A DNA stretch of 64,000 bases from Alphaproteobacteria bacterium (GCA_965225945.1 CBDDBZ010000027.1:64001-128000), one strand, 5' to 3'. Shown: positions 18,479-29,296, numbered from the stretch's first letter. Notes: generated by a model from the sequence alone, not told the origin. Translations and numbers: made by a program.

Positions 18479-19556
18479 CGTCCCTATCTGGTTAAAGCAG
18501 GATGGGCTCCGAATGTTCTTGATATGTTCTCCATAGAGGTGTAGGCTGATCGCATCGGCTGGAGCTTTTGGAGGACTATTCGATGAGCGGGATATTGGAG
18601 TTCCTCGAACGCCATGGATCGGAGGCGGACTGCATCGAGGCGCTGGCTCGGCTGCGCTGGCCGCAAGGCTACGTCTGCGCGCGTTGCGGCGAGAGGCGGA
18701 ACTACCAATTGAAGACGCGGCCGCGGGTCTTCGAATGCGCCGGTTGCGGCCATCAGGAATCGGTGACCGCGGGCACGGTCTTCCACCGCACCCGCACACC
18801 GTTGCGCAAATGGTTCCTGGCGGCGTGGTGGATGGGGCGCGACAAGCGCGGGGTCTCGGCGCTGTTTCTGTCGCGAGAGTTGAGCCTGCGCTACGACACC
18901 GCCTGGCTGATGGCCCACAAGCTGCGCCATGCCCTGACGGAGCGCCCGGAGTTCCCGCTGGAGGGCTTGGTCGAGGTCGACGAGAGCTATTACGGCGGGC
19001 GGGGCAAGCCGGAGAGCCGGGGGCGCGGGCTTTCCAACCCGAACAAGAGCCTGTTGGTGATGGCGGTCGAGAAGTGGCCGGTCGGGTCGGGCAAGGGCAT
19101 CAAGGGGAGCGGCTTCGCCGCCGGCGCCGCGCGGCTCGCCATCCTGCCCGAGGCCACCGCCCGTGAGTTGGGCGACTTCGTGCGCGCCTCGGTGAAGCCG
19201 GGAAGCCGCCTCGACAGCGACGCTTTCAAGAGTTACGCCAAGCTTGGCGATACTTATCGCCACCAGCCCGTCGTTCAAGGCCAAGGCAAGAACGCCGAGC
19301 AGCTCATGCCGGTCGTCCATGTCCTGTTTTCCAACGTGAAGACGTGGCTCAACGGAACCTACCACGGGGTGAGCGCCAAGCATTTGCCGCGCTACGTCCG
19401 GGAATGGAACTACCGCTTCAACCGGCGCAAACGCATCTTCGACCTTGCCGATTTCGTGTTGCACCGCGCCATGACCCGACCGACCATCACCTAAAGGGAA
19501 CTGGTCGACGGTATACAATCGCAGGGAGCGCTGCCTGCCTTAACCGGATAGGGACG
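18479..19556 (+). mobile_element. IS1595-family element
   Basis: IRs CGTCCCTATCTGGTTAAAGCAGG / CCTGCCTTAACCGGATAGGGACG; 8-bp target duplication TTGCCTAG (18471-18478, 19557-19564). Confidence 0.93.
18583..19494 (+). CDS. IS1595-family transposase (slightly premature stop)
   Basis: RWPQGYVCARC...CAGC zinc ribbon, VEVDESY, TYHGVSAKHLPRYVREWNYRFNRR. It ends TIT*RELV where TITYxEL is typical. Confidence 0.92.
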   Translation: MSGILEFLERHGSEADCIEALARLRWPQGYVCARCGERRNYQLKTRPRVFECAGCGHQESVTAGTVFHRTRTPLRKWFLAAWWMGRDKRGVSALFLSRELSLRYDTAWLMAHKLRHALTERPEFPLEGLVEVDESYYGGRGKPESRGRGLSNPNKSLLVMAVEKWPVGSGKGIKGSGFAAGAARLAILPEATARELGDFVRASVKPGSRLDSDAFKSYAKLGDTYRHQPVVQGQGKNAEQLMPVVHVLFSNVKTWLNGTYHGVSAKHLPRYVREWNYRFNRRKRIFDLADFVLHRAMTRPTIT

Positions 19557-19565
19557 TTGCCTAGT

Positions 19566-22004
19566 ATGACGCTTTCGACGGCGACCAGGAGCGATACGAC
19601 CCTACCGGCCCCGATCCGAGACTGGTTCCGGGGCCGGGGATGACGGCCGCGCGCGCACCAACTGCAAGTCCTCGACGCGGTGGCACGGAGCCGGCACGTC
19701 CTGCTGCAGGCGCCGACCGGAGGGGGCAAGACCCTGGCCGGCTTCATCGCCGCTCTGGTCCGGCTGGCCGACGCCCCGGCCGACCGCCCGGCCGAGCTCA
19801 CCACGCTCTACATCTCGCCGTTGAAGGCGCTCGCCGTCGACGTCCAGCGCAACCTGCGAGCGCCGGTGGAGGAAGCCGGCCTGGCGGTCCGGATCGAGAC
19901 CCGCACCGGCGATACCCCGCAGAACCGCCGGCGCCGCCAACGCGCCCGCCCGCCCGACATCCTGCTGACGACGCCGGAGCAGTTGGCGCTGCTCCTCAGC
20001 TATCGCGATTGCGCTGCCCTGCTCGGCCGGCTCCAGCACGTGGTGATCGACGAGTTGCACGCGCTGGCCGGCGGCAAGCGGGGAGAGTTGTTGGCCCTGG
20101 GCCTGGCCCGGCTGGCGCGTCTGGCGCCCGGCGCGCGGCGCATCGGCCTCTCGGCCACCGTGGCGGACCCGGACGCGCTCGCCCGCTGGCTCGGCCTGGG
20201 CGAGCCGATCGAGCGGATCGACGCCGGTCCCGGCCCCCGCCCGGAGATCCGCGTGCTCGCCTCCGAGGCGCACGTGCCCTGGTCCGGTCACATGGCGCGC
20301 TTCACCTTTCCCGAGGTCTACGCGGCGATCCGCGAGGCCGGCACGACGCTGGTCTTCGTCAACACCCGGGCCCAGGCCGAGGTGGCGTTCCAGGAACTCT
20401 GGCGCCTGAACGACGACAATCTCGAGATCGCGCTGCACCACGGCTCACTCGCGGTCGAGCGGCGGCGCAAGGTCGAGGCGGCGATGATCCGGGGTGCGCT
20501 CCGCGCCGTGGTCTGCACCTCGACGCTGGACCTCGGCATCGACTGGGGCGACGTCGACTTGGTAATCCAGATCGGCGCGCCCAAGGGGTTGAGCCGCCTC
20601 ACGCAGCGGGTTGGGCGCGCCAATCACCGCCTGGAGACGCCGTCCAGGGCGCTGCTGGTGCCGGCCAACCGCTTCGAGGTGCTGGAGTGTCGCGCCGCCG
20701 CGGACGCGGTGGCGGAAGGCGAGCTGGACGGCGAGCCGATGCGCGCGGGCGGACTCGACGTGCTGGCACAACATATTCTCGGCCTGGCCTGCGCCGCGCC
20801 GTTCGAGGCCGACGAGCTTTATGGCGAGGTCCGCCGCGCCGCACCCTATGCCGGGCTCTCCCGCGCCGACTTCGACGCGGTATTGGATTTCGTGGCTACC
20901 GGGGGCTATGCGCTTCGCCGCTACGAACGCTACCACCGCCTCGCCCAAGACGAGACCGGCCGTTTCACCGCCGCTGACGCTCGGGTCGCCCGGCAGTACC
21001 GCCTCAACGTCGGCACCATCGTAAGTGCGCCGATGATCAAGGTCCGCCTCGGGCGCGGCCGCGTGCTGGGCGAAGTGGAGGAATGGTTCGTCGAGCAGCT
21101 CCGCCCCGGCGACACCTTCGTCTTCGCGGGCGAGATCCTGCGTTTCGAAAGCTTGCGCGAGATGGTGGCGATCGTCACCCGGGCGAAAGGTGCGGAGGCG
21201 AGCGTGCCGGCCTACTACGGCGGCAAGTTCCCGCTCTCGACCTTCCTCGCCGCCCGGGTGCGCGAGATGCTGGCCGACCCCGCCCGCCAGCGCCAGTTGC
21301 CGGCGCCGGTGCGCGAATGGCTCGGCCTCCAGCGCCGGCGCTCTGAGTTGCCGGCGGCCGACGATCTCCTGGTCGAGAGCTTTCCCCGCGCCGGCAAGCA
21401 CTATCTCGTCGCCTATCCCTTCGAGGGGCGGCTCGCGCATCAGACCCTCGGCATGCTGCTGACCCGGCGGATGGAGCGGGCCGGCTTGCGCCCCCTCGGC
21501 TTCGTCGCCAGCGAATACGCGCTTGCCGTCTGGAGCCTGGAGGCGCCCCACGGTCTCAGCCATCTCTTCGCCGAGGACATGCTGGGCGACGACCTGGAGG
21601 AATGGCTGCTGGAATCGGCGCTGATGAAGCGGAGCTTCCGCGACGTCGCCGTGATCGCCGGGCTGATCGAGCGCCGCCACCCGGGGGCGGAAAAATCCGG
21701 CCGCCAAGTGACCTTCTCCTCCGACTTGATCTACGACGTCTTGAACCGCTACCAGCCGGACCACGTGCTGCTGCGCGCGACCCGGGCCGACGCCGCGAGC
21801 GGCCTGCTGGACGTCCGCCGGTTGGGCGAGATGCTGCGCCGGATCCAGGGGCGCATCCGCCACCGCCGGCTCGACCGGGTCTCGCCCTTGGCCGTGCCGC
21901 TGATGCTGGAGATCGGCGCCGAGCCGGTTTGGGGCGAGGCGATGGAAACCCTGCTGGGCGAGGCCGCCGAGGCGCTGATCGAGGAGGCGATGCGGCTGGT
22001 TTGA
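19566..22004 (+). pseudogene. Lhr-like ligase-associated DEXH helicase with an in-frame TGA at 19641-19643
   Basis: MTLST...DWFRGRG*RPRAHQLQVL...APTGGGKT, IDELH, QRVGRANH. The stop sits where family members have Trp; restart at GTG 19680 is possible. Confidence 0.85.
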
Positions 22005-22175
22005 TAGCAAGTTGCGATCGGTTGGTTTCATCGCGACCCGGCAGGCGTGACCACGCGGGCCAGCTTGGCCGGGCAAAAACCCGCGCGGCGCTTGAAAGAG
22101 CGGGTCGTTAAACCCGGGCGCGGCGGCCGCCCCCCGGTTTCGACCTCCGAGGGGCGGAGGCTCCACGCAAGAGGG

Positions 22176-23261
22176 TCAAAAGCCGACGGCGACCTGGTAG
22201 AGCCCCTCCACGGTCAGGGCCATGCGCCGGTAGTCCAGGGTCTCCGGCCTGTCCGTCGGGCGGTGGTAATTCGGGTTCCGGAAGAAGGCGGTATCGGTCA
22301 CCATCACGGCTGGATAGCCGAACTGCCAGAAGCTCCATTGGTCCGAGAAGTCGACCCCGGGCAGGAAGCTGGGCGCGTTGATCGAATAGACCGGCAGCTC
22401 CGTCGTCGCCGTCATCAGCGCCTTCACGCGCGCCACGGCCGACCGTTCGAAGGCGAGACCGACGACGCCGATGAAGTTCCCTGTGTCGGGATAGATCCAG
22501 GTCAGCAGGACGTGCGGAAAGCTCTGGGATCCGGGCTGGTCCGAGAAGAAGCCGATCATCTCGATGCTGACCATGAGCTTCAGCGCCGCCCCCTCCTCGT
22601 GCAGGCTCTCGGCGTAGACGTAGCTGCCCATCTCTCCCGTATGGAAATAGGGTGGCTCCTCGAGCGTGAAGGCGACCAGATCGACCCGATGCGTCAGACT
22701 TGGCTTTGCCCTGCCGATCATGCGGGCAAGCTCGAGGAGGCCCGCCACGCCGCTGGCATTGTCGTCCGCGCCTGGATTGGCATCGCCGCTGACATCGTAA
22801 TGCGCGCCGATCACCACGCGCGGCGCAGTCTCCGGACCAAAGGTGCAGATGACGTTCTTGTAGGCCACATGGTCGAGGATGAAGCGCTGTTCCCGAAGGT
22901 CACAGCCGGTCGTGGCGAAGGCCTCGCCGACATAGGTCGCGACCTTATCGAGACCCTCGGCGTTCTGTCCGTTTCGAGGCGGCGTCAGACCGGCGAAAAA
23001 GCGGACGTCCGCTTCCAGCCTGGTCGCGTCGGCCTTCTGCGAAACCTCCGGGGACTCCGGCGACGGTACGGGGTTCCGCAGGAACCAGAAGAGCCCGAGG
23101 TAGAGCCCCGCCGCCAGAAGGGCGACGAGCAACACTAAACGAGCGGCCCAGTGATCCAAGGCTGGCGCATTCGCATGGAGAGCAAGGCTTTTGAACCGGG
23201 ATTGCCCGGATAGCACCTCAAGCTGGCCGAAAACGGTAGCAGATTCGGCAGTCGTAGGCAA
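22176..23261 (-). CDS. M28-family metallopeptidase with an N-terminal membrane anchor
   Basis: IGAHYD, PGADDNASG, TLEEPP, SIEMIG, FSDQW, NPNYH; start uncertain. Confidence 0.88.
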   Translation of the reverse strand: MPTTAESATVFGQLEVLSGQSRFKSLALHANAPALDHWAARLVLLVALLAAGLYLGLFWFLRNPVPSPESPEVSQKADATRLEADVRFFAGLTPPRNGQNAEGLDKVATYVGEAFATTGCDLREQRFILDHVAYKNVICTFGPETAPRVVIGAHYDVSGDANPGADDNASGVAGLLELARMIGRAKPSLTHRVDLVAFTLEEPPYFHTGEMGSYVYAESLHEEGAALKLMVSIEMIGFFSDQPGSQSFPHVLLTWIYPDTGNFIGVVGLAFERSAVARVKALMTATTELPVYSINAPSFLPGVDFSDQWSFWQFGYPAVMVTDTAFFRNPNYHRPTDRPETLDYRRMALTVEGLYQVAVGF

Positions 23262-23481
23262 TTCAGGTCTTGATTCACAATTCGCAAGGTATTCTCAACC
23301 CGAACTGGTTTGAGAATCCACTAAGCGCTGCCCTCATTAGTATCTGAGGCTGGGCGCCCGATTGACAGATCTTGGCTAGAGGCGGTGGCTACCGGAAGGT
23401 CCGACATCGCATTCTTGAGTCGGACCCGATTTCCTTGGACACAGAATTGGCTTAATCGAAGTGTCCAAGGAGGACCGGAAC

Positions 23482-23892
23482 ATGACCGACAATTTTGAGA
23501 ACAAAGTTGCTGTTGATGGGCCTGTGGTAAACGAGGGCGAGCTTGGCTCGTCCACGTTTTCCCCGGGCCAGGTTTCGCCGGCAGGCCCGCTGGGACTTGG
23601 CCAGCGGTGGACGGTGACGCGCAAGCGTGAGGTTGCCCTGCGGCTTTTGCGTGGCGAGCCGGTGGAACTTTTGTCGCGGCAGTTGGGCGTGGAGATTTTC
23701 CGGCTCGAGCAGTGGCGTGAGAAGGCGATCGCCGGGATCGATGCCTCGCTCAAGGAACGCAAGGGCGATCCGGTAAAGGCGGAACTGGACATCGCCATGA
23801 AGCGGATCGGGGAGTTGATCATGCAGGTGGAACTGCTGGAGGCCAAGACGGAGACGTCCGGCCCTTTGGGGCGGCGGAGGTCGCGGCGATGA
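23482..23892 (+). CDS. IS OrfA (HTH DNA-binding protein)
   Basis: RWTVTRKREVALRLLRGEPVELLSRQLGV plus coiled coil; AAGGAGG RBS before ATG 23482. Confidence 0.85.
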   Translation: MTDNFENKVAVDGPVVNEGELGSSTFSPGQVSPAGPLGLGQRWTVTRKREVALRLLRGEPVELLSRQLGVEIFRLEQWREKAIAGIDASLKERKGDPVKAELDIAMKRIGELIMQVELLEAKTETSGPLGRRRSRR

Positions 23893-24800
23893 GTGCCGCC
23901 ACCTCTCCCGGCACGGGTTTGGCCTACGGCCTCCAGCGGGTCTGTGCGGCCTGGGGTTTTGCCCGTTCCTCGTTCTACGCCATGAAATCCCGGCAGCAGG
24001 CCACCGCTGAGCGCCCACCAGCAAAGCGCCGGGGACCGAAGCCCTCGATCTCGGACGAGGCTCTGCTGGTGGCCATCGAGGCCGACCTGGAGGCATCCCC
24101 CTGGGAGGGCGAGGGACACCGCAAGGTCTGGGCTCGGCTTCGGGTCTGTCGTGGCATCCGTGTTTCCCGCAAGCGGGTGCTCCGGGTGATGCGCGAGAAC
24201 AACCTGCTCTCGCCCCATCGCTGCCGCCGCCGTGGCGGAAATCCCCATGTCGGTGAGATCATCACCCATGCCCCCAACCTCATGTGGGGCACGGACGGCG
24301 TTCGGGTGTTCACGGTGGACGACGGCTGGGGCTGGATATTCACCGCCATCGAGCATTGGAACGCCGAGTGCGTCGGCTGGCATGTGTGCAAGCGAGGCGA
24401 CCGCTTCGCCGCCCTTCAGCCGATCTCCATGGGGCTTGCGAGGCTGTATGCCTCGACCTCCGCCGGTGCGGCGCGGGGGCTGGCCTTGCGGATGGATCAC
24501 GGCTCCCAGTATCTGTCGGACCACTTCACCAACCAGATCAAGTTCTGGGGCATCCAGCCGTCCTACGCCTTCGTCGAACAGCCCCAGACCAACGGCGTCG
24601 CCGAGAGGTTCAATCGCACGCTCAAGGAACAGATCATCCATGGCCGCATCTACCGCAACATCGCGGAGCTGCGGAACGCCGTCCGCGGGTTCGTCGAACA
24701 GTACAATGCCCAGTGGATCGTGGAGAAGAACGGCTACCTGAGCCCCGCTCAAGCTCGTCAGGCGTGGCACACCGCGATGTCACTCAGGCCCGCCGCATGA
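23889..24800 (+). CDS. IS OrfB, rve-type integrase core transposase
   Basis: WGTD...DHGSQY...NGVAERFNRTLKE; ATGA overlap with orfA. Confidence 0.92.
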   Translation: MSAATSPGTGLAYGLQRVCAAWGFARSSFYAMKSRQQATAERPPAKRRGPKPSISDEALLVAIEADLEASPWEGEGHRKVWARLRVCRGIRVSRKRVLRVMRENNLLSPHRCRRRGGNPHVGEIITHAPNLMWGTDGVRVFTVDDGWGWIFTAIEHWNAECVGWHVCKRGDRFAALQPISMGLARLYASTSAGAARGLALRMDHGSQYLSDHFTNQIKFWGIQPSYAFVEQPQTNGVAERFNRTLKEQIIHGRIYRNIAELRNAVRGFVEQYNAQWIVEKNGYLSPAQARQAWHTAMSLRPAA

Positions 24801-24925
24801 GACAAACTTGTGTCCAAGGAACCGGGTGCGATACACGACATCGCATTCTCGCGGTCGCGGTGGTTCGCCCGGAAAGTTAGCTCCCGCGGAACCGGAAGAC
24901 CCAGTTCCTTCCCGCCAAGTGCCGC

Positions 24926-26326
24926 CTATGCCGCGAGCAGGTTCCGGGCCGTCGCCTGCGCGGTGGCGGCTTCGGCTTCGGCGCCGAGCCGGCCGAGGAC
25001 ATCGCCGTAGGTCCGCCAGGACGGGCCGCTGGTCGGCTGCGCCGCGACTCGCTCGGCGAGAAGGGCGCGGGCGAAGCGGTCCTGGCCGTCCCGAATCGCG
25101 GAATCGATCAACATGCGCACCCAGCAATCGCGCTGCACCCAGCTTCCACCGAGGAACCACATATGATAGCGGGTCTCGCGCATGAGCTCGACCACCCGAC
25201 CATGGTTCCCCTCGGCATAGGCCAGGATCGCCTCGGCCACGGGCACGCCCGCCTCGCGGTAGACCGCCGCCACGGTGTTGTCGCCGTCGCCGCCATGGGC
25301 TTGCGCGAAGTCCCGCATCGATTGCAATAGAGCCTCTGCTTCCACCGTCCGGCCACCCATGGCCAGCGCCATCATGAAATGCACGTCGTTGAAGGCCCTC
25401 AGGCGGTCGTCCAGACGGCCGGCGCAAACCTCGGCCACGCCGTCCCACCGCTTGCCGACATCGAGGCCGAGCATGGCGAGACGCATCAGCATGGAGGAGG
25501 CATTGCCGATATCGGTATTGTCCTCCGAGGGCTCGGTCCAGAACTGCCGGTCGAAGGCGGCCAGCACATCGCCGTAACGCTCGGTTTCCAGATAGTGCAG
25601 CGCGCGATGCCACCAGATGTGATGGGCGAAGATGCCACGCGCGCGCCAAGCCGCCTCGTGCTCGTCGACCCACCGGATGCCGTCCTCGCGCCGGCCGGTC
25701 ATTTCCAGCGCATGGACCACGGCATGACCCGCCCAAATATCATCTTCGTTGATGGCGACGGCACGCCGGCCCGCCGGCTCGGCCTCGCCATAGCGCCCAT
25801 TCTCCTCGAGCGCGAAGGCATGACAGCCGAGGACATAGCCGAAGCCCGGAACATCGGCCGACCATCGCGGCATGATCCGGCTCGCGGAATCCCGCATGCG
25901 GGCCAAATCGCCGACGTAGAAATGCAGAAAATGCACCAGGCGGAAGGCCAGGATATCGTGGGGATGGTCGATCAGGATCTCTTCCCAGATGGCGTTGGCT
26001 CGCCGCAGGTGTCCCTGCGACCAGGCGGCGAGCGCTCTCACATGGGCCTGTTCGCGCGCGGTCGCCGTGCCGGCTTGCGCCCGCGCGGCGGCCAGACTCT
26101 GTTCCGCGCGCTGCAGCAGATGCGCCTGTGCCGGCAGGCGAAACAGATAGCCGCGCAGGACATGGCCCATCACCATATCGCCGTCGGCATCGCCGAGTTG
26201 CTTCAGCAACTGACCGGTATCGCGGCTTTGAGCCAGATAGGCCTCGATCGTCGCATCGAAGGCGTCGACCGCCTCCTGGCTCGCGGCCGTCATCTCCAGG
26301 CCCCGCTCGTCGCGAAACATCGCCAT
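24926..26326 (-). CDS. Tetratricopeptide repeat protein 38-like
   Basis: WEEILIDHPHDILA, AFALEENG, DIWAGHAVVH, HIWWHRAL, FNDVH, GGSWVQRD. Confidence 0.85.
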   Translation of the reverse strand: MAMFRDERGLEMTAASQEAVDAFDATIEAYLAQSRDTGQLLKQLGDADGDMVMGHVLRGYLFRLPAQAHLLQRAEQSLAAARAQAGTATAREQAHVRALAAWSQGHLRRANAIWEEILIDHPHDILAFRLVHFLHFYVGDLARMRDSASRIMPRWSADVPGFGYVLGCHAFALEENGRYGEAEPAGRRAVAINEDDIWAGHAVVHALEMTGRREDGIRWVDEHEAAWRARGIFAHHIWWHRALHYLETERYGDVLAAFDRQFWTEPSEDNTDIGNASSMLMRLAMLGLDVGKRWDGVAEVCAGRLDDRLRAFNDVHFMMALAMGGRTVEAEALLQSMRDFAQAHGGDGDNTVAAVYREAGVPVAEAILAYAEGNHGRVVELMRETRYHMWFLGGSWVQRDCWVRMLIDSAIRDGQDRFARALLAERVAAQPTSGPSWRTYGDVLGRLGAEAEAATAQATARNLLAA

Positions 26327-26353
26327 GTCTCCTTGCTAGACCAATGCCGCGTC

Positions 26354-27220
26354 TCAGCCGGCTTCGGGAACCGGCACTCGGGCCGGCGGCACCGCTAGGC
26401 CCGGGACGTCGACGCGGGTCCGGAAGACCGCGCCGGCCCGGTCGTGATCGAGGCCACGCCAGCCGGTGGCGACATAGAGATCGCGCAAGTTCTCGCCGCC
26501 GAAGCAGACGCTGGTCACCATCGGGACCGGCACCTCGATCTGCCGGCGAAGGCTTCCGTCGGGCTCGAACACGTCGACGCGGCTGCCATGCGCCACCGCG
26601 ACCCAGAGCGAGCCGTCCTCGGCCAGCGCGAGACCATCGGGGATGCCGTCCTCGACAGGAGCGAAGACCTGGCGCGGGCCGACGGTCCCGTCGCTCTCCC
26701 GCGCGCAGGCCCAGACGGCGTGGGTCGGCGAATCGGCGTGATAGAGCCGCCCGCCGTCGGGTGAGATGGCGATGCCGTTGGTCAACTGGATCCCGTCCTG
26801 AAGTGTGTGGAGGGAGCCGTCGAGATCGATCATGTGCAGATGCGCCGTCGGCAGGTCCGCGTCGCCGGTCCGCTCGAGCGGCGCATGGGCCAGCGAGCCG
26901 ACATAGACCCGCCCCTCGGCGTCGGTGCCGAGATCGTTGAAGCCGACGATGCCGTCCGCCACCTCTTGGCCCATGAGCACGCGGGTGCCCGCGGCCTCGA
27001 ACAGCTTCACCGCGACGTTCCGCCCGGAGATCACCATGCCGCCGGCGACGTGGAGCGCCATGCCGCCGATGCCGCGGCGATGCGGGAAGACTTCGCTGGC
27101 CTCGCCCGCCGGCGACAGCGCGTAGACCCCGCCGTGGATGACGTCGGAATAGATCAGCCCCCGCGCCGGATCCCAGACCGGACCCTCGATCAGGCCGTAT
27201 CCTTCGCCCAACTTCTCCAT
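26354..27220 (-). CDS. SMP-30/gluconolactonase/LRE-family protein
   Basis: EGPVWD, FND, TNGIAISPDG, PDGLAL, TSVCFGG. Confidence 0.92.
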   Translation of the reverse strand: MEKLGEGYGLIEGPVWDPARGLIYSDVIHGGVYALSPAGEASEVFPHRRGIGGMALHVAGGMVISGRNVAVKLFEAAGTRVLMGQEVADGIVGFNDLGTDAEGRVYVGSLAHAPLERTGDADLPTAHLHMIDLDGSLHTLQDGIQLTNGIAISPDGGRLYHADSPTHAVWACARESDGTVGPRQVFAPVEDGIPDGLALAEDGSLWVAVAHGSRVDVFEPDGSLRRQIEVPVPMVTSVCFGGENLRDLYVATGWRGLDHDRAGAVFRTRVDVPGLAVPPARVPVPEAG

Positions 27221-27224
27221 GACA

Positions 27225-28433
27225 CTACTCGGCGGCCTTGGCGACGAGCGTCCTGTGGGTCTCGGCGAAATGGCGGATCGCCGCGTCGACGCCGCCGCTC
27301 TCGTGGGGAATGCCGGTCACCGCCAGCGCCGTCGCGACCGTGGCGAGCGCGCCCAGGACCATCGCCTCGTTCAGATAGCCGAGATGGCCGATGCGAAACG
27401 CCCGGCCGCCGAGATCGCCCAGGCCGGCACCGAGCGAAAGGTCCAGTTCGTCCCGGCAGGCGAGGCGGATGACATCGGCGTCGTAGGCCTCGGCGACGCG
27501 GATCGTGGTCACCGAATCGCAGCGATCGGCCGGCGCAAGCGCGTTGAACTCCAGCGCGCCGGCCCGCGACCAGACCTCGATCGCCTTGCGCACGCCCTCG
27601 GCCAGGCGGCCATGGCGCGCCACGGCATTGTCCAAGCCTTCCTCGAACAGCATGTCCAACGCCTCGCGCAGGCCGTAGAGCAGGTGGATCGGCGAGGTGC
27701 CGCAGAACTTGCGGTAATATTCGGGCCCCGAGCGGCGGGTCCAATCCCAATAGAGCCGCGGCAGGTCCGCGCCCTGGTGCGCTTCCCAGGCCCGCTCGCT
27801 GGCGGCGACGAAGCCGAGGCCGGGCGGCTGCATCAGCCCTTTCTGCGAGGCGGCGACGGCGACGTCGACGCCCATCGCGTCCATGTCGAAGGGTGCCGCG
27901 GCGAGCGAGGCGACCACGTCCACCATCAGCAGCGCCGGATGGCCGGCCGCGTCGATCGCCCGGCGCACGGCGGCGACGTCGCTGGTGATCGCCGTCGCGG
28001 TGTCGGTCTGCACCATCAGGACGGCCTTGATCTCGTGGCCCGAGTCGGAGCGCAGGCGATCCTCGATCACGTTCGGGTCCAGCGCGTTGCGCCAGTCGCC
28101 GGAGACCACGTCGACGTCGACGCCGAAGACACTCGCCATCTCCGCCCAGTTGCGCGAGAAATGCCCGACCTCGGGCGCCAGCACCTTGTCGCCGGCCGAG
28201 AGCACGTTGACCAGCGCCGCTTCCCAGGCACCGTGGCCGTTCGAAAGGTAAATGAAGATCCGGCCGTCGGTGTGGAAGACTCGTGCGAGATCCTCGAAGC
28301 AGGTCTGGATCATCGCCAGATAGTCGGGGTCGGACAGGTCCACCGCCGGGCGTATCATGGCGGCGACCACGCGGTCGGGGACGTTGGTGGGGCCGGGCGT
28401 ATGCAAGAGGTTTCGGCCGGTTTTGATCGACAT
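27225..28433 (-). CDS. Class V PLP aminotransferase (serine-glyoxylate aminotransferase-like)
   Basis: HTPGPTNVP, GHGAWEAALVN, VDVVASL, ASQKGLMQPPG, FRIGHLG. Confidence 0.92.
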   Translation of the reverse strand: MSIKTGRNLLHTPGPTNVPDRVVAAMIRPAVDLSDPDYLAMIQTCFEDLARVFHTDGRIFIYLSNGHGAWEAALVNVLSAGDKVLAPEVGHFSRNWAEMASVFGVDVDVVSGDWRNALDPNVIEDRLRSDSGHEIKAVLMVQTDTATAITSDVAAVRRAIDAAGHPALLMVDVVASLAAAPFDMDAMGVDVAVAASQKGLMQPPGLGFVAASERAWEAHQGADLPRLYWDWTRRSGPEYYRKFCGTSPIHLLYGLREALDMLFEEGLDNAVARHGRLAEGVRKAIEVWSRAGALEFNALAPADRCDSVTTIRVAEAYDADVIRLACRDELDLSLGAGLGDLGGRAFRIGHLGYLNEAMVLGALATVATALAVTGIPHESGGVDAAIRHFAETHRTLVAKAAE

Positions 28434-28657
28434 CTGGGCGTATTCCTGATCGGGCTGTGACGAGGCGGCAAGGAACCATGTTTCCTGCCGCGACTCAATG
28501 GCTCGACCGCTGGATAGGCGGGGATTGTGGCGAAAATCGCGCCCTCGCGGGGCAACCGGCCGGCCGGAGCGCCCCGGAGCACGATTGCGGCGAGCCGGGC
28601 CAGCCGTCACTATGGGCCCGCCGGGGAATATCGGGCAGTCAGGGAGAGCATCGAGGC

Positions 28658-29296
28658 GTGGACGCGAGGCTTTACCCCTATGCGCCGGAGCTGAGGGCGC
28701 GCATCGCCGGCAATCTCGCGGCCTTCACGCGGCGGGGTCGCGACGGGACGGGGCTGCGCCGCGCCGCCGTCGCCGTGGCCGTCGTCGAGGCCGAGGACGA
28801 CAGGCAAGAGGCGGCCTTCGTGCTGACCCGCAGGGTTGCCGGTCTCTCCTCCCACGCCGGCCAATGGGCCCTTCCGGGCGGGCGGATCGACGGGGCTGAG
28901 AGCGTCGAGGCGGCCGCACTTCGCGAACTCGACGAGGAAGTCGGCCTCCGCCTCGGGCCCGAGGCGGTGCTCGGCGTGCTGGACGACTACCCCACGCGCT
29001 CCGGCTATCTGATCACGCCCGTGGTGCTCTGGGCCGGACCCGGCGCCCGGCTCGCGGCCAACCCGAGCGAGGTCGCCAGCATCCACCTGGTCCCGCTGGC
29101 CGAACTCGACCGTCCGGATTCGCCCGAGTTCTACCCCAGCGAGGAGAGCGGGCGCTGGATCATCAAGATCTACATCGGCGAGGACGACGTACATGCGCCG
29201 ACGGCGGCGCTGGTGCATCAGTTCCACGAGGTGGCGGTGCACGGGCGGGCGACCCGGGTGCACGAGCTCGACCAACCGGTCTGGGCCTGGCGCTGA
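28658..29296 (+). CDS. Nudix hydrolase (CoA pyrophosphatase type)
   Basis: HAGQWALPGGRID...AALRELDEEVG Nudix box. Confidence 0.9.
   Translation: MDARLYPYAPELRARIAGNLAAFTRRGRDGTGLRRAAVAVAVVEAEDDRQEAAFVLTRRVAGLSSHAGQWALPGGRIDGAESVEAAALRELDEEVGLRLGPEAVLGVLDDYPTRSGYLITPVVLWAGPGARLAANPSEVASIHLVPLAELDRPDSPEFYPSEESGRWIIKIYIGEDDVHAPTAALVHQFHEVAVHGRATRVHELDQPVWAWR

Larger units (their letters stand above)
23416..24835 (+). mobile_element. Two-ORF IS3/IS481-like DDE element with a 14-bp target duplication
   Basis: TG...CA ends: TGAGTCGGACCCGATTTCCTTGGACACA / TGTGTCCAAGGAACCGGGTGCGATACA. Direct repeat CGACATCGCATTCT at 23402-23415 and 24836-24849. Confidence 0.9.

Noticed and set aside
19641-19643. 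Selenocysteine or recoded UGA in the helicase
   Set aside because: The position corresponds to Trp rather than Cys, and many other genes here use TGA as a normal stop.
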